In this document: one piece after another, positions 21,013-28,972 of the stretch | Numbering within the stretch: the stretch's first letter is position 1 | Layout of the letters: each line of letters begins with the position of its first letter | Virus record (IMG/VR): IMGVR_UViG_3300024502_000010 | Coordinates: 140,830-204,829 of that record | Reading direction: 5' to 3' (one strand) | Length of the DNA: 64,000 nucleotides | The notes under the pieces: model-generated | The model's database searches: none | Seen by the model: the letters and a program-made list of their open reading frames with translations, nothing else | Told to the model about the DNA's origin: nothing | Made by a program: the position numbers and the translations under genes

Positions 21013-21860
21013 AGATAATCTCCTTTCATTGCTTCAAATACTTTAGCAATACCTTGATCAATTGTGGTTTTAGGGGTCCACCATTTCATCAAATAGGTAT
21101 CTGGTCTATTTCTTTTATCCATCTGTACACTATCTTTTTGATCAGATGGTTGAACTTTTACATCATACTTTCCGATCAAATTAAATTGTCCACAAATAAT
21201 ACTTGCAATGTCAATGATTTTTGTTGACTTAAAGCTTGTAATATGAAGATTATCTTCTGAGGTAAATTCATTATAGTTTTCCATAATTGCCTCAAGTGCT
21301 TCGCAGCAGTCTTCAGCATATAGAAACTCCCGTTCTTCCTGACCATCAGTAAGCATATCAATTGCACCAGTCTCAAATCCTTTACGGATGAAGTCTGTGA
21401 TAACATGTGCTTTGTCATGGTCCTTTTCGATACCATATACATTCCAGAACTTAACAATAAGTCCATTAAGAGATTTGGTATAAAGTTCTCCAACATTTTT
21501 GAGTACCCCATATGGAGAGTAACTCATGTTGCTCATTTGAGATGATGCAAATACAAATCTCTTATTATACTTTTTAAGAAGTCCAAATGCATTTGCCATC
21601 AAGCGAGCGTTATTATCAATGAACTGGAAAGTATGTTGATACTTCTTCAGGTAACGAGACCCACCAACATCAAATGCAAGAAAGAATACAAAGTCTGCAG
21701 TCTCAATTGCATTCTCAAGATATTGATTCGGTATCACAGTCATATCATGATTGGGTGTTTCCACCTTATCAAAGTCAATAACAGTATGACCTTTTTCTCG
21801 AAGATACTCCGAAAGGTAGGCACCAATTTGCCCACTGGAACCAAGAATAGTAATTTTCAT
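21009..21860 (-). CDS. NAD-dependent nucleotide-sugar epimerase/dehydratase
   Basis: LGSSGQIG, YGVLK, FWNVYG, REFLYAED. Confidence 0.88.
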   Translation of the reverse strand: MKITILGSSGQIGAYLSEYLREKGHTVIDFDKVETPNHDMTVIPNQYLENAIETADFVFFLAFDVGGSRYLKKYQHTFQFIDNNARLMANAFGLLKKYNKRFVFASSQMSNMSYSPYGVLKNVGELYTKSLNGLIVKFWNVYGIEKDHDKAHVITDFIRKGFETGAIDMLTDGQEEREFLYAEDCCEALEAIMENYNEFTSEDNLHITSFKSTKIIDIASIICGQFNLIGKYDVKVQPSDQKDSVQMDKRNRPDTYLMKWWTPKTTIDQGIAKVFEAMKGDYL

Positions 21861-22600
21861 TCTACATCAACCATAACTTCATGAGATTCAAATGTATAAT
21901 CATCCGAATACTTATCTATGTCTTCTATTAGAGTGTTCATATATCGCGTATCTTCAACCATCATATCTCTTGTCGGTTGAAGAATCATCTGATATTTTTT
22001 AAAATTATTTTCTACCAAATATTCATCTAACTCACCACCAGTATTTGCATTTTCATAGTCATCAGATTCATCATATTCAGAATCAATGAAGACGACATTT
22101 TTAATGTGGTCACCAAGACTCTTAATAACATTAAGATCGTTACCCTGCGTGTCAGTTTTTAAGACTTCTACTACATCATAATCAATATTATCCAATATAG
22201 ACTTTAAAGAAATGACATCCACATTATACACATTTTCTGTAGAATTCTCAAACCTACCCTTTGGTTTGAGTAGTGAAGAACATCCTGGATTATTTGGCCA
22301 AACATCCCAACCAAATCCATAAAATTCTTTTGTAGTTGGTTCTTCAACATTATCAATTGCAGCTTCGATAAGATAGAATCTATCTCCACCTCTTGTTCTA
22401 ACTAAAAGTTCCTTTAGGGAAGAACAATTTTCTGGGTGGGGTTCAATACCAATAACAAAAACATCATCAATAAAATTAATCCATCGTTTAGATCTTCCCA
22501 TATCACAGGAAAGACCCACATCAATTCTAAGTTTTAGTCCAGATTTAAGTTTTTGATTAATATAATCAAAGTCGATATCCAAATCATTCTTTACTGTCAC
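21857..22600 (-). CDS. FkbM-like methyltransferase
   Basis: IDVGLS, IGIEPHP, SSLL, VLKTDTQGNDLNV. Confidence 0.75.
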   Translation of the reverse strand: MTVKNDLDIDFDYINQKLKSGLKLRIDVGLSCDMGRSKRWINFIDDVFVIGIEPHPENCSSLKELLVRTRGGDRFYLIEAAIDNVEEPTTKEFYGFGWDVWPNNPGCSSLLKPKGRFENSTENVYNVDVISLKSILDNIDYDVVEVLKTDTQGNDLNVIKSLGDHIKNVVFIDSEYDESDDYENANTGGELDEYLVENNFKKYQMILQPTRDMMVEDTRYMNTLIEDIDKYSDDYTFESHEVMVDVE

Positions 22601-23696
22601 CTTTCACCTCTTCCACCTTTTTCATTTGCGTATTAATCCACTCATAAGTCTTGCGGATACCTTCTTCCAGAGTCTGTGAATAATCCCAACCAAGTTTTTC
22701 GCGAATCAAATCATTATTTGAATTGCGTCCACGAACTCCAAGAGGACCATCAATATGATTCTTCTCTACGACTTTACCTGCAACTTTAGCAGCAGTATCT
22801 ACGAGTTGATTAATGGTTACCATTTCTTCGGAACCAATATTAACAGGTCCGATGAAATCACTATTCATCATTCTGCGGGTTGCTTCGATGCATTCATCAA
22901 TATACAGGAAGGAACGAGTTTGTAGCCCGTCTCCCCACACCTCGATGGTTCCACCTTCCTCTGAAAGGTAGGCAACTTTACGACAGATTGCTGCGGGTGC
23001 TTTTTCTCTACCACCAGTCCAGGTTCCTTCAGGTCCAAAGATATTATGATACCTAGCAACCCGCACAGGAATACCATAGTTGCGGTGATAAGCGAAGAAG
23101 AGTCTCTCTGAGAAGAGTTTTTCCCAACCATACTCGGAATCTGGGTTAGCAGGATAAGCGGACTCTTCACGACAATCGGGATTGTCTGGATCTAATTGAT
23201 TATGTTCTGGATACATACAAGCAGATCCAGAATAGAAAATTTTAGTTTTATAATCTAATACTGGGCGAACACAAGCGGTGCCATTATCAACACCATCAAA
23301 AGTTTCATTCAATTGACGCTGTGCTTCAAGAACATTTAAGTTGATGGTTGCAGAGTTGTGCATAATATCAGCATCATTTTCTCCAGTGAAAACAAATCCT
23401 GCACCGCCCATATCAGCAGCGAACTGATAGATTTCATGGAAGGGTAGAATATATCGATAAGGAACTGAGTTATAAAAGTTTCCTTGCTCTCCTTTAAATT
23501 CAAGAACACGGCGAACAAAGTTCATATCCCTCAGGTCTCCCTGAATGAATTCATCTGCTTCAGAAATTGAAAATTCTGGATACTTGAGGTCTACACCACG
23601 CACCCAATAACCTTCAGACTTTAATCTTCTTACCATATGACTTCCAATAAAGCCACCAGCACCTAACACAAGTGCCGTTTTCTTGTACTCACTCAT
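22584..23696 (-). CDS. GDP-mannose 3,5-epimerase-like SDR (WcaG family)
   Basis: GAGGFIG, AADMGG, SACMYPE, YGWEK, HNIFGPEGTWTGGREKAPAAICRK; start MSEYKK at 23696. Confidence 0.85.
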   Translation of the reverse strand: MSEYKKTALVLGAGGFIGSHMVRRLKSEGYWVRGVDLKYPEFSISEADEFIQGDLRDMNFVRRVLEFKGEQGNFYNSVPYRYILPFHEIYQFAADMGGAGFVFTGENDADIMHNSATINLNVLEAQRQLNETFDGVDNGTACVRPVLDYKTKIFYSGSACMYPEHNQLDPDNPDCREESAYPANPDSEYGWEKLFSERLFFAYHRNYGIPVRVARYHNIFGPEGTWTGGREKAPAAICRKVAYLSEEGGTIEVWGDGLQTRSFLYIDECIEATRRMMNSDFIGPVNIGSEEMVTINQLVDTAAKVAGKVVEKNHIDGPLGVRGRNSNNDLIREKLGWDYSQTLEEGIRKTYEWINTQMKKVEEVKGDSKE

Positions 23697-23722
23697 AGAC
23701 CAATAAATTTCTCTTAGTATAT

Positions 23723-23760
23723 AGTATACAAAAAAAGAGGAGTTTATGCAACTCCTCTTA
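23723..23760 (-). terminator. Intrinsic terminator with overlapping sigma70-like promoter
   Basis: AGAGGAGTT-gcata-AACTCCTCT-TTTTTT; TTGCAT-17-TATACT. Confidence 0.7.
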
Positions 23761-23764
23761 TGTA

Positions 23765-23856
23765 ACTCAGGCTCGCCACTTGCCCTTTGACTGGAGGCAA
23801 GAAACCAGGCGGGAGAGAGTCCCATCCGCACCAATTGCCCTTGAGAGAGGCAATAA
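23765..23856 (-). ncRNA. wcaG-like structured RNA
   Basis: Multi-hairpin leader with two UGGYG motifs (UGGUG, UGGCG) directly upstream of a WcaG-family gene in a cyanophage; recognised from memory of the motif, no covariance search run. Confidence 0.65.
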
Positions 23857-23864
23857 ACTCATAA

Positions 23865-23914
23865 TAGGGTCATTTTGACTCCACCAGTATAAGTTTTAAG
23901 TCGTTCCAGGACTA
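23865..23914 (-). repeat. Structured module copy B (possibly manA-RNA-like)
   Basis: AGTCCTGGAACGACTTAAAA-cttata-CTGGT followed by hairpin GGAGTC-AAAAT-GACCC. Confidence 0.45.
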
Positions 23915-24132
23915 AAGAAAAGTTGGGTTAACTTTGATATCTCGGTAATACCAAAGAATGCACATAAGAATAGTACATCCCAAAGTTTAAGTTTAATAGC
24001 AAAGGGTACTGTGAGTAATCCTCCAACAACCTTTATCATTAAACCATATTTAAATTCTCCCCATAGCATAGTTTGATAACCAATTATGAGGAGAATGTTT
24101 CCAATCCAACGAAGTAGATCAGATTTTGCCAT
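23896..24132 (-). CDS. Small membrane protein
   Basis: 78 aa, hydrophobic segments. Confidence 0.65.
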   Translation of the reverse strand: MAKSDLLRWIGNILLIIGYQTMLWGEFKYGLMIKVVGGLLTVPFAIKLKLWDVLFLCAFFGITEISKLTQLFFSPGTT

Positions 24133-24133
24133 A

Positions 24134-24179
24134 AGGGGTTGCTCCCGACCAGTGCGCTTTTTAAGTCATCCCGGGACTT
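24134..24179 (-). repeat. Structured module copy A (possibly manA-RNA-like)
   Basis: AGTCCCGGGATGACTTAAAA-agcgca-CTGGT followed by hairpin GGGAGCAACCCC. Confidence 0.45.
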
Positions 24180-24817
24180 TCACCCATCATTGGACCATGC
24201 ATATACTTGAGATTAAAAGTCATAACATATCTATCAAAATCAGAATTGCTTTCTTCTGTTTTGTGATTTACCCATCCAGGAAAGATTACAAGTTCATTTG
24301 TTTTAACAGGAACTTCAATCCAAGGATACTGATATTTTACTTGTTTAGAGAAAGCAGATTCTACGACATCATTTGCCCTATGATATTCTAATGGATCTCT
24401 TATCAAGAGATTTCCACTATTTGGTGGACAATGAAGGTAAGAACTAACAACAATATCAACAAATTGATGCTTGTGTTCTACAGTTCTTCCCCCTTTAGAA
24501 TGACGATTAATCCAAGAATTTGCTACTTCAATTGGTTGATTGGAGAGACCAAATTCTTTGAGAATGTAAGGCATATTTGCATTCAAAAATTGAATGTATT
24601 TCCTATTCTCTGTCCAAGTATGAGGTTGCCCATTGATATTATGTATAACAGTAGATGTTGCTTCTCCTTTTTCTAAGGGTACTTGTTCTTTTTGATTTTT
24701 AGAATAGTCTACTGTCTCATCCGCTTTTGCTTTTAGACTATATTCGAAATTAAAATCGTAATAAAGTTTAATAGCTACTTCGGAACAAATTTTTATTCGT
24801 TCAATATGATTTAACAT
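24161..24817 (-). CDS. 2OG-Fe(II) oxygenase (TIGR02466-like)
   Basis: SWIN, HxH/D, SSYL, LVIFPGWVNH, R..MTFN. Confidence 0.85.
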   Translation of the reverse strand: MLNHIERIKICSEVAIKLYYDFNFEYSLKAKADETVDYSKNQKEQVPLEKGEATSTVIHNINGQPHTWTENRKYIQFLNANMPYILKEFGLSNQPIEVANSWINRHSKGGRTVEHKHQFVDIVVSSYLHCPPNSGNLLIRDPLEYHRANDVVESAFSKQVKYQYPWIEVPVKTNELVIFPGWVNHKTEESNSDFDRYVMTFNLKYMHGPMMGESPGMT

Positions 24818-24822
24818 TTTAA

Positions 24823-25071
24823 TTAATCTTCATCGTCTTTCACATAACAAGGAACACGGTCTGGGTCCAACCATTTAGCATATTCAATATCCTCCATTGC
24901 AGTAGAGCATTGTAGAACATTATCAAAAAGATAAATGTCATTCCAGCGTTTGGTGTACTCATTTTGTTTTTGGAGACGGTAATCGGGTTTACCGTTAATC
25001 TCAAGAATACCAACTTCTACGAAGCGATATCCTTCTCGTTCCAAAAGAACCTTAGGAAGTCGTGTTGTCAT
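24823..25071 (-). CDS. Hypothetical protein
   Basis: 82 aa ORF coupled to neighbours. Confidence 0.75.
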   Translation of the reverse strand: MTTRLPKVLLEREGYRFVEVGILEINGKPDYRLQKQNEYTKRWNDIYLFDNVLQCSTAMEDIEYAKWLDPDRVPCYVKDDED

Positions 25072-25283
25072 GCAACTTCAACGGATTCAAGATCAGCAAG
25101 AACATATTCCATAAGCATCTCATAATCATCCAGTGGATCACCAGAGAATACTACACCCTCATTCTCATAAAAACGACGAACCTTTTTATAGAGTTTAGGA
25201 TTCTTTACATCAAGGTAGAAGTCACCGTTTGCTGCACCACGAAGGGTTTGAACGTCTTTCTTGAATTTTGCTGTGAGAGTCAT
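25068..25283 (-). CDS. Hypothetical protein
   Basis: 71 aa ORF with own TTGACA-18-TATAAT promoter. Confidence 0.75.
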   Translation of the reverse strand: MTLTAKFKKDVQTLRGAANGDFYLDVKNPKLYKKVRRFYENEGVVFSGDPLDDYEMLMEYVLADLESVEVA

Positions 25284-25336
25284 TGTTTTGAATGTTGACC
25301 TTAGTATTATAAGGGTTTGACAGGTAATCTGTCAAG

Positions 25337-25409
25337 TGCTCCTTGCGTGGATCGAACACGCCTCAGGCGAATTATGAGTTCGCTGCATTCACCAGATTGC
25401 TAAAGGAGC
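25337..25409 (-). tRNA. tRNA with CAU anticodon, probably Ile2 (lysidine type)
   Basis: Cloverleaf, loop CT-CAT-AA; C4-G69 and C5-G68 pairs are TilS determinants. Confidence 0.8.
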
Positions 25410-25413
25410 AAGG

Positions 25414-25501
25414 TACGAGTGGGTGGATTCGAACCACCTCAAAGCCGCTAATCTGGCGGAAAGAGTTTATAAGACTCCTCTGACTACCAAGTCTCACTCG
25501 C
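25414..25501 (-). tRNA. Atypical tRNA-Ile(UAU) with long variable arm
   Basis: Acceptor GCGAGTG/CACTCGT-A, 4-nt D loop, anticodon loop CT-TAT-AA, variable stem CCGC..GCGG, T arm GGTGG-TTCGAAT-CCACC. Confidence 0.65.
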
Positions 25502-25540
25502 TTAAATTCAGGTCTATTATAGAGGACCTGAAACTCTGTG

Positions 25541-25771
25541 TCAACAACCTTCTTCGTGGTCGGTATGTATTCGTATCACATCGTCGTCCACTTTAGATTC
25601 TACTGCAAACTTTATGGTTTCGTTGTATGGAACTATCACTGCGTTTCTTTCTCCGTCAGTAATGACAAATGATTCACCATTTTCTACTCTTTCTATTAGG
25701 TTGTCAAAATCTTCTTGAAACTCTTGAACTGTAAACTTTTGGAGATCTGAAAGTTCTGGATACATTTTCAT
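25541..25771 (-). CDS. Phd/YefM-like antitoxin-fold protein
   Basis: FTVQEFQEDFDNLIERVENGESFVITDGERNAVIVP matches the Phd N-terminal pattern. Confidence 0.6.
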   Translation of the reverse strand: MKMYPELSDLQKFTVQEFQEDFDNLIERVENGESFVITDGERNAVIVPYNETIKFAVESKVDDDVIRIHTDHEEGC

Positions 25772-25789
25772 AAAGTGAAGTTTTATGAG

Positions 25790-25865
25790 TCCGGATATTC
25801 AGATTTGAACTGAAATTATTCCTGCTCCCAAAGCAGGTGCCATGACCAAGTTAGGCGATATCCGG
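25790..25865 (-). tRNA. tRNA-Pro(UGG)
   Basis: Cloverleaf, CCTGC-TT-TGG-GA-GCAGG. Confidence 0.9.
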
Positions 25866-25978
25866 TTATTTGTTTTTATGTATAAACATAATACCAGCGA
25901 ATGGTACGATTGTCAACCCACATCCACAAAGAAAAAGAAAGAAAGGACTTGCTGCTAGGGTTTCAACCAAGTGGAAAA

Positions 25979-26206
25979 TCATCTTCCTCTCCAGTTCTTG
26001 TATTCATAATACATGTATTGGTCTGCTTCGTCAAGCCCCTGTAAAGGAGCTTGACAATCCCAATATGACCATTCAATACAGAACTGTTTAATATGTATAT
26101 CATTAGAAGCAGTTTTTACTCCATACATTCTTGAAAAGGCAGACATTGCAAACCAATATCTCTGCCTAATGTGCGGTTCCATTTCCCTTATAGTCTTTGG
26201 AGTCAT
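25979..26206 (-). CDS. Hypothetical protein
   Basis: ORF, start uncertain. Confidence 0.6.
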   Translation of the reverse strand: MTPKTIREMEPHIRQRYWFAMSAFSRMYGVKTASNDIHIKQFCIEWSYWDCQAPLQGLDEADQYMYYEYKNWRGR

Positions 26207-26274
26207 AGTATCCGCCTCTTGTTCCGAAATAGAGTGTAGATAATACAAATGGAATAGCAACAAAAATAAGTGCT

Positions 26275-27309
26275 TTACCTAACATGATGACCACCAAACA
26301 TATAACGCATTCCGTTCAGGATTTTTGCTCCAAATGATCCGAGATTGCGTGAGTTAAATCTTTCAAATAGTGCCGTAGTAATAACAGGAGCGGGAACCCC
26401 CAAGTCCACAGCGGCAGAAACAGTCCAACGACCCTCACCGCTATCGGATACTCCTCCAGAGAAGCGTTTAAGGCTACCATCCCTGCGTAGCACATCAGCA
26501 GTAAGATCGAGTAACCAACTACCAACCACGCTACCGCGACGCCATAACTCAGCCACCTCAGCAACATCAATGTCGTAACAATAACTTTCTGGGTCTGCCA
26601 TAGGAGCAACTTCAGCATCTCCTTCTTTGACATACTGTGCTCCGTTATTTGCGTTCTTTAAGATATTAAATCCTTCAGCATATGCCTGCATCATTCCATA
26701 TTCAATTCCATTGTGAACCATCTTCACAAAATGTCCAGCACCAGGACCACCACAATGTAACCAACCAAACTCAGCAGAAGTTACATCCGAGTCATACTGA
26801 GTCCTGGGGGCAGCGTTGATTCCTGGGGCAAGGGCATCAAAAATCCTCGCACAAGTGGCGACCGCAGTATTTCCGCCACCAACCATAAGACAGTATCCAC
26901 GATCCAAACCATAAACACCGCCGCTAGTACCACAATCAATATATTGGATACCAAGTTTTGCCAGACGCTCTGCTCTTTTCCGACTGTCTTTAAAATTGCT
27001 ATTGCCATGATCAATAATAATATCTCCTTCACCACAATATCGTAGTAACTCATTGATCGTTTCCTCTACTGTTTCGGATGGAACAACCATTTGAAAAATA
27101 CCTGGTTGTTGTCTACCGTTTTTATTTTGTTTAACTACTTTAACAAGGCTTTCAATATCAGTCGTAATTCCATTAACAAATCCCTTTTCAAAAGCTTCGT
27201 TTGCTTTCTCATAATTTCTTCTATATCCCCAAACCTCTATACCCGATTTCATCATGCGGCGAGACATACCTTCGCCCATTCTTCCTAAACCGATTAATCC
27301 TACTTTCAT
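26275..27309 (-). CDS. gnd: 6-phosphogluconate dehydrogenase (short form)
   Basis: GLIGLGRMG, DHGNS, DCGTSGG, GHFVKMVHNGIEYG, DSGEGRW. Confidence 0.97.
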   Translation of the reverse strand: MKVGLIGLGRMGEGMSRRMMKSGIEVWGYRRNYEKANEAFEKGFVNGITTDIESLVKVVKQNKNGRQQPGIFQMVVPSETVEETINELLRYCGEGDIIIDHGNSNFKDSRKRAERLAKLGIQYIDCGTSGGVYGLDRGYCLMVGGGNTAVATCARIFDALAPGINAAPRTQYDSDVTSAEFGWLHCGGPGAGHFVKMVHNGIEYGMMQAYAEGFNILKNANNGAQYVKEGDAEVAPMADPESYCYDIDVAEVAELWRRGSVVGSWLLDLTADVLRRDGSLKRFSGGVSDSGEGRWTVSAAVDLGVPAPVITTALFERFNSRNLGSFGAKILNGMRYMFGGHHVR

Positions 27310-27401
27310 AAAACCTCTGGATATGCGTGCGTAAGTCCCCAATATATAAAAAGTCCAATTGAACCAAACAAAGTCATTGAAGTGAATATTAACCTAATCA
27401 T
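27306..27401 (-). CDS. 31 aa single-TM microprotein
   Basis: MIRLIFTSMTLFGSIGLFIYWGLTHAYPEVL; ATGA overlap with gnd. Confidence 0.55.
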   Translation of the reverse strand: MIRLIFTSMTLFGSIGLFIYWGLTHAYPEVL

Positions 27402-27684
27402 CTTCTTCGTCCTCATAGGTAGATGGTTCTTCAAAGAGTTCATCCATTTTTTGTTGTATAATTCTTTGTTGCAGTTCTTGCAAGTCTTCTTCGGTGAATT
27501 TAACCACTAGTAAAGGATCTCCTGCTTTAACGTCGTTTAATTCTGGATGTTTTACTTTTGGACTTTTAGAATACCCATGATGAGCATTCATAATCATCCA
27601 ACCCTGCACGAACATTGTAAGTGCAATCACCACAAGAACAAACCAAGGAACCAAGAAAATCAGTTCAGAGTGATTTTGAGCCAT
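27394..27684 (-). CDS. DUF2973-like membrane protein
   Basis: N-terminal TM helix then HPEL...LLVVKF. Confidence 0.7.
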   Translation of the reverse strand: MAQNHSELIFLVPWFVLVVIALTMFVQGWMIMNAHHGYSKSPKVKHPELNDVKAGDPLLVVKFTEEDLQELQQRIIQQKMDELFEEPSTYEDEEDD

Positions 27685-27863
27685 GGAAGCAACGGAGGAA
27701 TTACCCCTACAAGTCTCAAAAGTCCTTCAGCAAATAAAGCAAGAACCACCCAACCGACGCACATACTAATGATAGAAGCATTACGGTTGTGTCGTCGTAT
27801 TGCTGCATCGATCATCTCCTGAACTTCAGAACGTGTAATAAATTCGTCTTGTTCGTGCATCAT
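27660..27863 (-). CDS. Small membrane protein
   Basis: IDAAIRRHNRNASIIS + TM helix. Confidence 0.7.
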   Translation of the reverse strand: MMHEQDEFITRSEVQEMIDAAIRRHNRNASIISMCVGWVVLALFAEGLLRLVGVIPPLLPWLKITLN

Positions 27864-28009
27864 TTCTCGTCTCCAAGAAACTTTGCGAGAGGATCTTTTC
27901 GGGTTTTTAAAATCTCACATGCTCGATAATAAAACATATTATTAGTGTTGCCAGAGGCTTCAAAAGTTGCCTTGATCTTCACCCAATTATCATAGGTGTG
28001 CTGATCCAT
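27860..28009 (-). CDS. 49 aa hypothetical protein
   Basis: MDQHTYDNWVKIKATFEASGNTNNMFYYRACEILKTRKDPLAKFLGDEK; stop overlaps next start. Confidence 0.65.
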   Translation of the reverse strand: MDQHTYDNWVKIKATFEASGNTNNMFYYRACEILKTRKDPLAKFLGDEK

Positions 28010-28123
28010 AGGTTTGTCCCTGTGATACTATTATATACTAATCACAGACATTTCAAAGTCAATTTTTTGTGTTCATATCGTAACACTGTTGAAGAAAATA
28101 TTAAATTTGTAACTTAACTTAAA

Positions 28124-28209
28124 ACGGAAAGGGTGGGATTCGAACCCACGGATGCTTTCACATCGCTAGTTTTCAAGACTAGAGCCTTCAACCACTCGAC
28201 CACCTTTCC
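28124..28209 (-). tRNA. tRNA-Ser(UGA)
   Basis: Class II cloverleaf, CTAGT-CT-TGA-AA-ACTAG. Confidence 0.93.
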
Positions 28210-28219
28210 AGTGGGAGGT

Positions 28220-28471
28220 TCAACGAACCTCAAAATCCAAACGCTTTACTTTGCGTTGGCGTCTTGCCTCTTGCCAGGCAATATCTTGTGAAGTCAGAAC
28301 ATTTGATTTTTGTTCTTTCTGAATAGAGTTTAACATAACAATACGAGATAAGTCAAGTGCTGAAATCTTATCTCCACGAATTGTTGCCATATTAGGACAA
28401 CCACAGGTCACTGTTTTTGAATGATGTCCTGTTATTTCTCTATTACAATCTTTGCATCTTATTGAAATCAT
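28220..28471 (-). CDS. Small Zn-ribbon hypothetical protein
   Basis: CKDC...CGC. Confidence 0.7.
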   Translation of the reverse strand: MISIRCKDCNREITGHHSKTVTCGCPNMATIRGDKISALDLSRIVMLNSIQKEQKSNVLTSQDIAWQEARRQRKVKRLDFEVR

Positions 28472-28486
28472 TATTCTTCATCCTAA

Positions 28487-28921
28487 TCATTGCAGGTGTG
28501 CTCTCAACTGCCAAACAAACTTACCATGAGATTCCATCAAATCTTGAACTAAATTTGCTGTAGCATATGACTTTTGATTTTCAGACTCTTCCGAAATTTC
28601 TCCCATCAATTCACAAAACTTGGTATTGTTATCAAGAAGTTCTTGAAGCATTTCTTTTGCTCCGGTTGAACTTGCTGCCTCTTTGATTTGAGTTACCTCA
28701 AGCATTCTTGAGAGAGAACTGAGAGGTTTTACATTCAGATAACGCATATGTTCTGAGAGACGATCAATCTCTTCAAACATAGTCTCATACTGACCACCAA
28801 AGAGTTGATGTAGTTGAGTGAAATCTTCACCTACAACATTCCAGTGAAATGCCCAAGTTTTATGGAATAAAACAAAAAGCGATGACTGTGCATCACTCAA
28901 GAGTTTATAAAGTTTTTCCAT
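28487..28921 (-). CDS. dps: Dps family ferritin-like protein
   Basis: HWNVVG..F..LHQLF..QY...IDRLSEHMR; late-type CATAAATA upstream. Confidence 0.92.
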   Translation of the reverse strand: MEKLYKLLSDAQSSLFVLFHKTWAFHWNVVGEDFTQLHQLFGGQYETMFEEIDRLSEHMRYLNVKPLSSLSRMLEVTQIKEAASSTGAKEMLQELLDNNTKFCELMGEISEESENQKSYATANLVQDLMESHGKFVWQLRAHLQ

Positions 28922-28949
28922 TATACTCTTTTTGAAATATTTATGCAAA

Positions 28950-28966
28950 TGGGAGCAGAGGGATTC
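28950..28966 (-). pseudogene. Remnant 3' end of a tRNA
   Basis: GAAT-CCCTC-TGCTCCC-A = end of T loop, T stem 3' strand, acceptor 3' strand, discriminator; no 5' half found. Confidence 0.5.
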
Positions 28967-28972
28967 ATTTTT

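Noticed and set aside
22584-23834. Long N-terminal extension of the epimerase given by the ORF track
   Set aside because: The extension crosses the structured RNA and terminator; MSEYKK at 23696 fits homologues
28071-28084. NtcA-like GT-N10-AC site
   Set aside because: Degenerate (GTT/AAC, not GTA/TAC); expected by chance in AT-rich DNA
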